Shown piece after piece: positions 53,525-62,525 of a DNA stretch of 64,000 nucleotides. The first letter of the stretch is position 1. Each line of letters starts with the position of its first letter. Below the pieces are notes generated by a model. It ran no database searches and was not told where the DNA came from. It saw only the letters and a list, made by a program, of their open reading frames with translations. This DNA comes from an uncultured delta proteobacterium (lineage in GTDB: Bacteria > Desulfobacterota > Binatia > Binatales > Binataceae): NCBI GenBank assembly GCA_963850125.1, contig CAWKKB010000011.1, forward strand, positions 92,993-156,992, given 5' to 3'. Position numbers and translations under genes: made by a program.

Positions 53525-54391
53525 ATGTGTTCCACCTGCGGATGCTCTGACGGCTCCGAAACGCGCTTGACCGTGTTCTCCGGCGAGCACAAAGCGGCCC
53601 ACTCTCATGGCGATGACGGTCCTCAACACGACGATCATCATCATGATCATGCGCACGGAGGACACGAGCACCACCACTATCATGATGAAGCGCACGAACA
53701 TTTTCATGAGCACGGACCGGCGAACGCATTGTCGCGCACGCTTCAGCTCGAGCAGGATATTCTCGCCAAAAACAATCACCGCGCCGAGCACAACCGAGGC
53801 TGGCTCGAAGGTCGCGAGATCGTGGCCTTCAACCTGATGAGCTCACCGGGGGCGGGTAAGACTTCGCTGCTGGAGCGCACGATTCGCGAGCTGGGCGCTG
53901 AAATTCCAATTTGCGTTATCGAGGGAGATCAGGAGACCACGCTCGACGCGGAGCGAATCGGCGCCACTGGATGCCGTGCGGTTCAGATCAACACCGGCAG
54001 CGGATGTCATCTCGACGCCACGATGCTTGCCGATGCTTTGAAGCGGCTGCAGCCGCCGTCGGGATCGGTTCTCATGATCGAAAATGTGGGCAACCTCGTA
54101 TGCCCCGCGCTGTTCGATCTCGGCGAGAGCGCGAAGGTCGTGATCGTCTCGGTGACGGAGGGCGAGGACAAGCCGCTCAAGTATCCGCATATGTTTCGCA
54201 CGGCCGATCTGATGCTTCTCAACAAGATCGACCTACTGCCGTACGTGCCCTTCGATGCTAATAGATGCATCGCGTATGCGCGCCAGGTCAATCCCGGGTT
54301 GAAGGTGCTTCAACTCTCCGCATTTAAGGGCAACGGTATGGACGCGTGGTATTCGTTCCTGCGCGAGCGCAAGGCCGCGCAGTTCGCGTGA
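53525..54391 (+). CDS. hypB: Hydrogenase nickel-incorporation GTPase HypB with His-rich N-terminal region
   Basis: N-terminal CSTCGC, His-rich HSHGDDGPQHDDHHHDHAHGGHEHHHYHDEAHEHFHEHG, P-loop SSPGAGKTSLL, ENVGNLVCP, NKIDL. Confidence 0.93.
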   Translation: MCSTCGCSDGSETRLTVFSGEHKAAHSHGDDGPQHDDHHHDHAHGGHEHHHYHDEAHEHFHEHGPANALSRTLQLEQDILAKNNHRAEHNRGWLEGREIVAFNLMSSPGAGKTSLLERTIRELGAEIPICVIEGDQETTLDAERIGATGCRAVQINTGSGCHLDATMLADALKRLQPPSGSVLMIENVGNLVCPALFDLGESAKVVIVSVTEGEDKPLKYPHMFRTADLMLLNKIDLLPYVPFDANRCIAYARQVNPGLKVLQLSAFKGNGMDAWYSFLRERKAAQFA

Positions 54392-55050
54392 TGCGGCACC
54401 GTCATCCGGCCGCGGATAAGACTCGCGAGCCGCACACGACCGGAATCGTCATCCACTGGGCGTGGCGCTACGACCTTTTGCTCTGGGTGATGTCACTCGG
54501 CAGAGAGCGAGCGCTTCGTCAAAAGCAGATCGATTTGGCCGGCATCTCGACGGGTGAGTCGGTTCTGGATGTAGGGTGCGGCACGGGAACTCTCGCCATC
54601 GAGGCAAAGCGCCGCGTTGGGGAGTCGGGAAAAGTACATGGGATCGATCCGTCGCCCGAGATGATCGCGAGGGCAAAAAAGAAAGCGAGAAAGGCGGCGC
54701 TCGATCTAACGTTCGACACCGCGGCAATCGAGGCGATTCCGTTTCCCGATGCGACCTTCGACGTGGTCTTGAGCACGGTGATGCTTCACCATTTGCCCGA
54801 CGAGGCGCGCCATCAGGGCATCCGCGAGATACGACGCGTTTTGAAGCCGGGCGGTCGGCTGTTCGCCGTCGATTTCGGAGGCGCGAAAAGCGAAAAGCAT
54901 ATCCGCATCGCGCGCCACTCAAACCATGCTCATTTTGACATCCGCCAACTGATTCCCGAACTGAACGAAGCCGGGCTCCGCGCAGTCACGAGCGGTAAAG
55001 TGGGATTTCGCGACTTGTGGTTCGTCAGTTCGACGGCGCCAACAGGGTGA
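54391..55050 (+). CDS. Class I SAM-dependent methyltransferase
   Basis: ATG shares one nt with the hypB stop (TGATG). Motif I VLDVGCGTGTL, post-I HGIDPS, LKPGGRLF. Confidence 0.85.
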   Translation: MRHRHPAADKTREPHTTGIVIHWAWRYDLLLWVMSLGRERALRQKQIDLAGISTGESVLDVGCGTGTLAIEAKRRVGESGKVHGIDPSPEMIARAKKKARKAALDLTFDTAAIEAIPFPDATFDVVLSTVMLHHLPDEARHQGIREIRRVLKPGGRLFAVDFGGAKSEKHIRIARHSNHAHFDIRQLIPELNEAGLRAVTSGKVGFRDLWFVSSTAPTG

Positions 55051-55063
55051 CATCGACTGATTC

Positions 55064-56500
55064 TTGGTGCACACTAGCGCGCTAGTGAGTCACCACAGTC
55101 TAGGGTTCGATCGCCAGCGCATTCTGTTTCGAAGCACCTTTGCGGCCTGTGTCATCAGCGCCCTGGTCTTAATCTGGGGCCACCGCTTCCCGCCAATTTC
55201 GGATTACCCGGACTGGGTGTTTGAAGGTTCCATCGTTGCAGAACTCATTCATGGCAAGTCGCCAGCTTCCTACTCGTTCAAACACTATCCGGTCCCTTAT
55301 TCTGGGACCGTAGCGACGCTCGGAGTGCTGGATCTGATTTTTCAGCCGGAGGTGTCGGGAAAGATCGTCTTAAGCCTTTGCATCATGCTGCTAGCTCTTT
55401 CGTCGACCTACTTGCTAAGTTCACTAAGCGACGACACCGAAAATCCTCTCCTGCTGATCCCACTATTGTTTCTGCTAAACACCTTCTTCTTCTGGGGAGA
55501 GCTAAACTATCTGTTCGGTCTGTCATTTTTCTTTTTCTATTGCGGATACTTGTTCCGTCGAATCTACAGATCGGAGCCGATTAATTATTGGCTGGTCGGC
55601 GGCGCATCAATCGTCATGTTCTTTTTTCATATTCTGCCATATGCGACCGCGATTCTTGTCACGCTGACACTTATGTTTGCCGAATCGCGGACCGAGTTGC
55701 TTAGGCCTTTCCTCACCTCCTTTGCGCCATCTATGGGACTAACAGTCTGGTACGCGGTTAATCGAGTCTCTCTGCGGCGAATCGGCCCAGCCTGGACATT
55801 TTGGACGCCGCATCAATTTGCGGGTCGCTGGATCGCGGCTTTCTCCCCCTTTCCAGAATTTCTCCCCTGGCTTGGAATTCAAGCTGCCTGGATGAAAGTA
55901 TTTGCCTTACTCAATCTGCTGGTGGCGGCACTTCTGACTCTGATAGTGCCGCTGTGCTTGTTATCGCTGGGAAAGATAGGTCGAAGGAACTTCGGAGTGC
56001 TTGCATCCGCGATAGTCTGCGGAGTCGCTGTTATCGTTTCCGGGTATGAGTTTGAAGGGATGGTAAGTCCAGGCGAAAGGTTTCTCTATCCGGCCGTGTG
56101 GATAGGATTGTGCTGGCTTATTGGCGCCCAGCTACCTGCTCGCGCCTCCGCAATCAATCGAGGCTTGACCATAAGCCTGATAGGCCTGTTGGTTTGTCAG
56201 GTCGTATTCATGCAAATCAATGTCGGAGCTGTATCGAATGATCTTGCGGCACTCTACTCGAACTTACGAGCGGCGAATTCTTCAGCCGAATTTTGCGCAA
56301 CCTATGAGACTTACCTCCGGCAAAGTTGGGATCAACCGCATCGCAAGGGCTTGGATGTCCTTCTGACAAATCATGCCAGTGTACCTCGACTCCCATACTA
56401 CCTATACGTCGAGAGGAACCTCGACGCGGCGATTTTTCAGATGGGGATTCTCGACTACTCAGGCCCCGGCGATAATGAGGACCTTTGCAAGATGCCGTGA
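55064..56500 (+). CDS. Polytopic integral membrane protein of unknown function (lower GC)
   Basis: 478 aa with about 12 hydrophobic helices and a soluble C-terminal tail. Sampled 60-nt stretches give 42-52% GC versus about 62% in neighbours. TTG start. Loosely GT-C-like, not relied on. Confidence 0.7.
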   Translation: MVHTSALVSHHSLGFDRQRILFRSTFAACVISALVLIWGHRFPPISDYPDWVFEGSIVAELIHGKSPASYSFKHYPVPYSGTVATLGVLDLIFQPEVSGKIVLSLCIMLLALSSTYLLSSLSDDTENPLLLIPLLFLLNTFFFWGELNYLFGLSFFFFYCGYLFRRIYRSEPINYWLVGGASIVMFFFHILPYATAILVTLTLMFAESRTELLRPFLTSFAPSMGLTVWYAVNRVSLRRIGPAWTFWTPHQFAGRWIAAFSPFPEFLPWLGIQAAWMKVFALLNLLVAALLTLIVPLCLLSLGKIGRRNFGVLASAIVCGVAVIVSGYEFEGMVSPGERFLYPAVWIGLCWLIGAQLPARASAINRGLTISLIGLLVCQVVFMQINVGAVSNDLAALYSNLRAANSSAEFCATYETYLRQSWDQPHRKGLDVLLTNHASVPRLPYYLYVERNLDAAIFQMGILDYSGPGDNEDLCKMP

Positions 56501-56504
56501 CGAG

Positions 56505-57764
56505 TTACGACGGCTTGCTTTCGAGCGTTGGATCGCGGACCAGGATCCCTTCCCTGTAGAGACCGCGAATCTTATCTGCCGGCATCTTGAGTAGTTCGCT
56601 CAGTACGCGCTCGTTGTCCTCGCCTAGGCGCGCAGAACGCACTTCGGTCTTATCCGGCCACGCTGAAAACTTTACCGGCACAGCTGGAATTGCGACTGTC
56701 CCCAGCAATGGATCCTTGACCCATCGAACGGTCTTGCGCTCGTTGAGGTGCGGATGCTTTACGGCTTCGTTGACCGTCAGCACGGGAGCGCATGGAACGC
56801 GCTCGGCGTCGAGCACTGCGATGGCGTCGTCGCGGCTGGGAAATTTCGAGAGCCAGTTCTCGATCACATCTCTGAGCTGTTCCTTATTGTCGCGGCGCCC
56901 ACGTGCATCTTTGAAACGGGGGTCAGTCGCGAGTTCGGGCATCCCGAGCGCGCGCACGAACTGGGGCCATTGATGCGGCGTGGAAGTGATCTGAACATAT
57001 TGATCGCCGCGGAAATGAAAAATCCCGGTAGTGCCGCCATCGGGATGCAGCGAACCACTGCGCGTAGGACGGAATTTGTCGCCGCGCAGCGACACGATCG
57101 GCACGGTTTTCTCGTGCATGTGAAAATAGGTGTCCAATAGCGACGCGTCGAGGTACTGGCCTTCACCCGTGCGCTCGCGATGCAGCAGCGCGAAGCCGAC
57201 AGCCATCGCGGCAGCAACGCCAGTGGAAACATCGCCGATAGCCATCGTAGTCAGGGCCGGCGGACCGTCAACCTGCCCTATGCCATCGGTTACACCTGCG
57301 TAGGCTTGGCCGATAAAATCGTAGCCGGCTTTGACTGATAGTGGGCCGGTCTGCCCAGCCATCGAAATCGAGCACATGATAATTTTCGGATTGACTGCCT
57401 TGACGTCCTTGTAGGCAAATCCTAGCCGGTCGATTACGCGCGGCGCAAAGTTCTCAACCACGACGTCGACCTGCGGAATCATCGACATCACGATCTCTCT
57501 CGCTCCCGGTTTCTTGAGATCGATCGCGAAGCTCAGCTTCGAGTGATTGTGCTGCAGGTAGTAGGTGCTATGACTCGAGCCCTTGTATTCAGGCGCGAGC
57601 GACTTAAGCCCGTCGGCGCGGACGCGATCGCCAAACGGCGCGAGTTCCAGCTTGATGACCTCGGCACCCATCTCACCGAGCAGTCGCGTGCAGGTAGGTC
57701 CCGCTACGAACTGGGTGAAATCCAGAACCCGGTAGCCTTGCAACATTTGCGGCTTGTTCGCCAT
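56505..57764 (-). CDS. Family III CoA-transferase (CaiB/BaiF)
   Basis: The ORF-track start 57968 adds 68 unrelated codons. ATG 57764, preceded by GAGAGGA, gives MANKPQMLQGYRVLDFTQFVAGPTCTRLLGEMGAEVIKLE, the family N-terminus. Confidence 0.88.
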   Translation of the reverse strand: MANKPQMLQGYRVLDFTQFVAGPTCTRLLGEMGAEVIKLELAPFGDRVRADGLKSLAPEYKGSSHSTYYLQHNHSKLSFAIDLKKPGAREIVMSMIPQVDVVVENFAPRVIDRLGFAYKDVKAVNPKIIMCSISMAGQTGPLSVKAGYDFIGQAYAGVTDGIGQVDGPPALTTMAIGDVSTGVAAAMAVGFALLHRERTGEGQYLDASLLDTYFHMHEKTVPIVSLRGDKFRPTRSGSLHPDGGTTGIFHFRGDQYVQITSTPHQWPQFVRALGMPELATDPRFKDARGRRDNKEQLRDVIENWLSKFPSRDDAIAVLDAERVPCAPVLTVNEAVKHPHLNERKTVRWVKDPLLGTVAIPAVPVKFSAWPDKTEVRSARLGEDNERVLSELLKMPADKIRGLYREGILVRDPTLESKPS

Positions 57765-57819
57765 TAGTCTGTCCTCTCTCCCAGTCTGTATACCACGTCG
57801 GCGGTGAGAGCGGTAATCG

Positions 57820-58803
57820 TCAGAGCCGTAGCAGTTGGCGTGCGGTAGCTCCAAGGATTTTGCTTTCGTCGCCGGGATCGAGGCCAAGCGCTTTGACTTC
57901 TTCCACCGGATGCGCAAGGCCAGCGGGCAAGGGATAGTCGGTGCCCACGACGAATCGACCCGCGCCATAGGTCTTCACGAGATGACCCAGCATACCGCGG
58001 CTATGCGCGATTATATCGAAGTAGAACTGATTTGCGTAGCTTGACGGCGGCCGCGGAATTGCGTTGCGGCACTCCGGCACAAGCCGATAACCCATGTCCA
58101 GTCGTCCTACCAGCGCGGGCAGCGCACCGCCGGCGTGATAGAGAACGATTCGCAGATTCGGATGGCGCTCGAGCACGCCACCATAAATCAATAACGCGGC
58201 GGCGAGCCCGGTGTCGTAAAGATTGCCGACCAGGTTGCCCAGAAAATATCTGGAAAGCGCTCCAGCGGGCGCGGCTTCAAATGGATGGATGCAAACTACC
58301 ATCCCCAGCGCCTCCGCCGCCGCCCAGAAGATCTCGAAATCCGGCTCATCGAGCTGACGTTCGACGACTTTCGGCGGAATCTCGACACCGCGAACTCCCA
58401 GCTTCGCGGCACGTTCCAATTCCCGTGAGGCGGCGCCTGGATTCTGCATCGGGACGCTTGCCAGCGGCACGAAATGATCGGGATCGCTGGCTCCCAGAGC
58501 CGCCATCACGTCATTGTTGACTTGCGCGATCGCAAGTCCGAGAGCGGCCTCGACATCGGGATACATCAGAAACGGGACGCACGATACGGCCTGCGCACTG
58601 ATGCCCTCGCGATCCATATCCGCGATGCGCGCCTGCGCGTTTGAAATCGGGCCGTCAATTGGCCGCATCGCCTTTTCCTGGATCAACAGAAAGCGGCGGC
58701 CATCGCGCTCGACGGTCCTGGTGGCGAAATGCTTACCTTCACGCGCCAAAAAATCGATTATCTCGGGCGCGATGAAGTGATTGTGCATGTCGATGACATC
58801 CAT
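57820..58803 (-). CDS. Amidohydrolase_2 family protein
   Basis: 327 aa. MDVIDMHNHFIAPE (HxH), TIM-barrel metal-dependent hydrolase/decarboxylase pattern. Confidence 0.8.
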   Translation of the reverse strand: MDVIDMHNHFIAPEIIDFLAREGKHFATRTVERDGRRFLLIQEKAMRPIDGPISNAQARIADMDREGISAQAVSCVPFLMYPDVEAALGLAIAQVNNDVMAALGASDPDHFVPLASVPMQNPGAASRELERAAKLGVRGVEIPPKVVERQLDEPDFEIFWAAAEALGMVVCIHPFEAAPAGALSRYFLGNLVGNLYDTGLAAALLIYGGVLERHPNLRIVLYHAGGALPALVGRLDMGYRLVPECRNAIPRPPSSYANQFYFDIIAHSRGMLGHLVKTYGAGRFVVGTDYPLPAGLAHPVEEVKALGLDPGDESKILGATARQLLRL

Positions 58804-58835
58804 CGCATCCTCCGATGTGATCGCGGAAAGGCTGG

Positions 58836-59327
58836 TTACAGAATGAAGCTGATCTTGCCGTGTGGCCGCAGTGCCTCATTATCGAGGATAGCTCTTCGCT
58901 CGCGGATTTTTAGTTCGTTGCCCGTACGGACGAGTTTGTAGTCGTAGTGCCCTATGTAGGTATCGACCGATTCGTAACGCATCCTATGCACCGCAAAGTT
59001 GGCAGTCACGAGAATGTTATCCCCGTCAGTGCCGACGACGCGCACGTTCGCTATAATCCGCCGCGTGCGCGAGCGCGGATTCTCCGACCATGCAGCCTTG
59101 CCGAGTAGCTGTTTTACGCGCGATCGAATTCTCACCGCGTCGTCTGCGATGATGAACAGCGTATTTCGCGAATCTCCCTCGGGAACATCCGTTGGCGGGA
59201 TTTCGTAGGTTGCGTCTTCAGTGAGAAGGCCTTGCCACTCGTCGAGCCGCCACTCATCAAGTAGGGCAGCCTCCTTGTAGAATAGGTCTTCCACTTCCTG
59301 GCGGGTAGGCAGTTCGACGCTACTCAT
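58836..59327 (-). CDS. Aromatic-ring-hydroxylating dioxygenase beta subunit
   Basis: ATG 59327 overlaps the alpha-subunit stop (ATGA). MSSVELPTRQEVEDLFYKEAALLDEWRLDEW and ...RSRVKQL...VHR... fit the Ring_hydroxyl_B/SnoaL-like fold. Confidence 0.85.
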   Translation of the reverse strand: MSSVELPTRQEVEDLFYKEAALLDEWRLDEWQGLLTEDATYEIPPTDVPEGDSRNTLFIIADDAVRIRSRVKQLLGKAAWSENPRSRTRRIIANVRVVGTDGDNILVTANFAVHRMRYESVDTYIGHYDYKLVRTGNELKIRERRAILDNEALRPHGKISFIL

Positions 59328-60616
59328 GCTGCTTTCCTTGCGCGCTTGAGCTGGGGTTCGGTCATGAGTTGATTCCATCGACGCCAGAATGCGCGCATCT
59401 GCAACTCATCGGTGATCGACGGATGCTCCCGCTTCATCCCGCGCGAGATATCCGACCATCCGACTTCACGATTGGCAAAGCCGCGCTGACACGACTCGAG
59501 CATCTCGACGTCGTCTGGCGTGGCGAATCCTCCAGGACCGAGGAAGGTCAGAAAGTTGTCGAGCCGCAGCGCGGAGTCCTCAGCGCTCTCGTCCGCCGGC
59601 GCCAAGGCCCACGCGTTTACTTCCATATAATCCGGCGAAACCGGATAGAAGGTCCGAACCGTGATAGCCATGATGTCGTTGATAACGAGATTCGGGAAAA
59701 CACCGAGGTTGCGGCTGGTCTCGCAGATGCGTCGCGCCCGCTCTGGTCCAAAGCGCGTTTCGAAGCGACGCCGGACTTCTTCGAAGTGCGGCTTGCGATG
59801 CTCGCCGAATGGCGCGACCCAATGCGCGATAGGACGTCCCCACGCGCTTTGGTACTCGACTACCGCATGCCCATTCCCGAGATCGACAGCCTTCTGATAG
59901 ATCGGAGCCGCAACATCGCGGCCCCTCATGTCGACACCTATGTCGCTCAGGAAGCTGAAGTACCGCTGATGGGTTGGCATACCGTGATAGCCATCATAGC
60001 TATTCTCGACGAGCAGCTTCCAGTTAGCGCGCGCGCTATAAGCCTGCTGGCCGGAGACAATCTTCATACCTAGCTCAGACTGATCGGCAACCAGGTCCAA
60101 ATACTCTCGCGCACCTGCAAGGTAGTCATAGAGGCTATCGGCCGCGGGATCGAAACACGCGAAAATAAATCCGCGATAGTTATCCACTTGAGGCGGAGAA
60201 ACCAGGGCCATGTCGTCGCGCTTGAAAGCCTCGCTATAGGACTCCTCGCCGGGTACCCCTACGAGTTGGCCGCGCGAGTTAAATGTCCAGGCGTGATAGG
60301 GACACTGGAAGGTCTTTGCGTTGCCGGACTTCTGGCGGCATACCAGCGATCCGCGATGGGTGCAGGTGTTGAGTAAGACCCGCACGACGCTGTCGTCGCC
60401 GCGCACCAGGATCATCGGTCGCCCCGCGACGTTGCGCGAACGATAGTCGCCGGCGTGCGGAACCTCGGACTCATGACCGACATAGATCCAGCACTTGTCG
60501 AAGACCCGGCGCCTCTCATCGGCGAGACACTCCGGATCGGTGAACGCGCGCCGATTTACGCGGAACAATCCCGCGTCCTGATCGTCCACGACGTAGCCCT
60601 CGGCTGATTTCTCCAT
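59324..60616 (-). CDS. Rieske non-heme iron oxygenase alpha subunit
   Basis: ATG 60616 with AGGAG 6 nt upstream. Rieske CTHRGSLVC-x14-CPYHAW and catalytic NSYDGYHGMPTH. The ORF-track start 60664 would overlap the SDR gene. Confidence 0.9.
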   Translation of the reverse strand: MEKSAEGYVVDDQDAGLFRVNRRAFTDPECLADERRRVFDKCWIYVGHESEVPHAGDYRSRNVAGRPMILVRGDDSVVRVLLNTCTHRGSLVCRQKSGNAKTFQCPYHAWTFNSRGQLVGVPGEESYSEAFKRDDMALVSPPQVDNYRGFIFACFDPAADSLYDYLAGAREYLDLVADQSELGMKIVSGQQAYSARANWKLLVENSYDGYHGMPTHQRYFSFLSDIGVDMRGRDVAAPIYQKAVDLGNGHAVVEYQSAWGRPIAHWVAPFGEHRKPHFEEVRRRFETRFGPERARRICETSRNLGVFPNLVINDIMAITVRTFYPVSPDYMEVNAWALAPADESAEDSALRLDNFLTFLGPGGFATPDDVEMLESCQRGFANREVGWSDISRGMKREHPSITDELQMRAFWRRWNQLMTEPQLKRARKAA

Positions 60617-60642
60617 GATGTTCTCCTGCGACTCGCTCTGTC

Positions 60643-61455
60643 CTACTTGTCCGACGGATTCCACGCCCAGTAACGCGCGATCGCGCCGGCGTCGACGCGA
60701 AGATCGGTTCCGGTGATCATGCCGGCGTCGTCCGACGCCAGAAATACAGCCGCGCGTCCGTAGTCACTCGGGCTTGGCAGTTTCTGCATCGGCACGCTTT
60801 TTCGGAACGGTTCGAAAGCATTCTTGAGTTGATCGCTACTGCGGACCTGACGGCCCCATCGCGCGGCGCGTTCGAGCGACTCCGATGGATCGGTCGCCGT
60901 CGGCGTGAGGCTGTTGACGCGGATGCCGTGCGCGACCAGTTCCATCGCGGCCGATCGCGTGAAGTTCAGCAGACCGCTCTTGCCGGTGCAGTACGCGATG
61001 TTGTTCGGCTCGCCCTGGTGGCCCGCAGTCGAGATAATATTGATGATAGCGCCTTTGCGCTTCTGCTCGATCATCGACTTCGCAACATGCTTGGTGAACA
61101 GGAACGTGCCGCTGAGAATGATCTCGAGCTGGCGCCGCCATTCATCCAGCGGCATGTCGATCACACCCTTCTTGTTGAAGATCGCGGCGCTGTTCACGAG
61201 GATGTCGACGCCGCCAAAATGCTCCCGCGCCGCAGCGACCGCGGCAATCACCTGGCGCTCATCGGTAACGTCACACGTCACCGCAGTCGCGCGTCCTCCG
61301 GTGCTCTTGATGTAACGCGCGCAGTCGGCTGCATTTTCGGCGCGCGCGTCGACACAGACCAGCGCGGCGCCCTCGGCCGCGAGACCTTCCGCGATACCGC
61401 CGCCGATATTCGTGCTGGTGCCGGTTACCAGCGCCACTTTTCCATTTAGCTTCAT
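60643..61455 (-). CDS. SDR-family oxidoreductase (candidate cis-dihydrodiol dehydrogenase)
   Basis: 270 aa. VALVTGTSTNIGGGIA cofactor motif, catalytic YCTGK. Confidence 0.9.
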   Translation of the reverse strand: MKLNGKVALVTGTSTNIGGGIAEGLAAEGAALVCVDARAENAADCARYIKSTGGRATAVTCDVTDERQVIAAVAAAREHFGGVDILVNSAAIFNKKGVIDMPLDEWRRQLEIILSGTFLFTKHVAKSMIEQKRKGAIINIISTAGHQGEPNNIAYCTGKSGLLNFTRSAAMELVAHGIRVNSLTPTATDPSESLERAARWGRQVRSSDQLKNAFEPFRKSVPMQKLPSPSDYGRAAVFLASDDAGMITGTDLRVDAGAIARYWAWNPSDK

Positions 61456-61459
61456 TTGA

Positions 61460-62503
61460 TTAGCGCGGCGGCGGCGCCGTCAGAAAACATTTCGACGAAT
61501 TGAAAATCCACGTGTCGATGAATTCCGTCTCCGCCGGCTTACGTTTCAATTCGGCGAGCACTCCCGCGAGGCACATCCAGTTGAGGATTTCCTGCTGACC
61601 GCTTGCCTCGACCGATGACGCTGGATAGTTCCGCCACGCGTCGAAATTGCCGGCGCGCAACGCCTCGAACAGAGTCCGATCCGCGGGCGTGTCCGGATAG
61701 AGAAAGTTATTTTTCGCAGTGAGGAACGCGTGCGACCAGCCCGACGACGCCATCAGCGCGACCCTCCATGGACTCTTCGCAAAAATGCGCGCGGTTGCGG
61801 CGCCGAGATCGAATAGTCGGCGCGGTGTCGGCGCGGGCGGATCAAGCTGCGCTTCCGATGGCGGATTTTCAAACACCGGCAGGCCACCGCGCTGCGCGAT
61901 CACTTTGCGCCCGTAGCAATTGATCGCAAATGGAATAATCGGATACGGAAAACCTTTCCGATCGTAATCGAGATACATCACTGCGTTGGCGAAAGCGTGG
62001 CCGAGCGGATGATGTAGTGGCTTGTACGAGTAAGCTGTGTCGAAACCAGCCTCGATCAAACCGCCGGCGAGATATTTGGCTGCCGCGACGTTGCCCGCCG
62101 CATGAAACTTCTTGTCGGGCCCATCATGCCACACGTTGTGCGCAGGCGGCGCGAACTCGAAAGATTCGTGGGCGTAAATGCAGTAAGGCGGAATCACATC
62201 CTCGCGGAAATTTTCGTACTGGTCATCGCCCCACACCAGGATGAAGTCGGGACGAAACTCGTCGATTTGCGCGCGCGCTTTGCGCAGCGAGTGCAAAAGC
62301 CGCTCGCGATGCACGTGCGCGGCGCTGGTGCCCTCGTCGTTGCCCCATTCGGCGCGCATCGCTTCCGGCCAGCCCTGCGCATCACGAAATTTTTCCGGCA
62401 ACTTCGGGTTCTGGAGCATCCGCTTCAGAATCCATGACATCGTTTCGTCGCTGCCGGCCAGAGGCGGGTAGTGAGTTATTCCAACTGCGAGAATCTCACC
62501 CAT
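61460..62503 (-). CDS. LigB-type (class III) extradiol ring-cleavage dioxygenase-like protein
   Basis: ATG 62503 with GGAGGA 6 nt upstream; the ORF-track start 62677 overlaps the upstream gene. MGEILAVGITHYPPL..., FILVWGDDQYENF, GWSHAF resemble LigB-superfamily motifs by eye. Confidence 0.55.
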   Translation of the reverse strand: MGEILAVGITHYPPLAGSDETMSWILKRMLQNPKLPEKFRDAQGWPEAMRAEWGNDEGTSAAHVHRERLLHSLRKARAQIDEFRPDFILVWGDDQYENFREDVIPPYCIYAHESFEFAPPAHNVWHDGPDKKFHAAGNVAAAKYLAGGLIEAGFDTAYSYKPLHHPLGHAFANAVMYLDYDRKGFPYPIIPFAINCYGRKVIAQRGGLPVFENPPSEAQLDPPAPTPRRLFDLGAATARIFAKSPWRVALMASSGWSHAFLTAKNNFLYPDTPADRTLFEALRAGNFDAWRNYPASSVEASGQQEILNWMCLAGVLAELKRKPAETEFIDTWIFNSSKCFLTAPPPR

Positions 62504-62525
62504 TGCATGTCCTCCATCGGCCGCG

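Noticed and set aside
57765-57968. Upstream extensions of minus-strand catabolic genes in the ORF track (56505-57968, 58836-59378, 59324-60664, 61460-62677)
   Set aside because: Internal ATGs with good RBSs (57764, 59327, 60616, 62503) give family-typical N-termini and remove overlaps with upstream genes.
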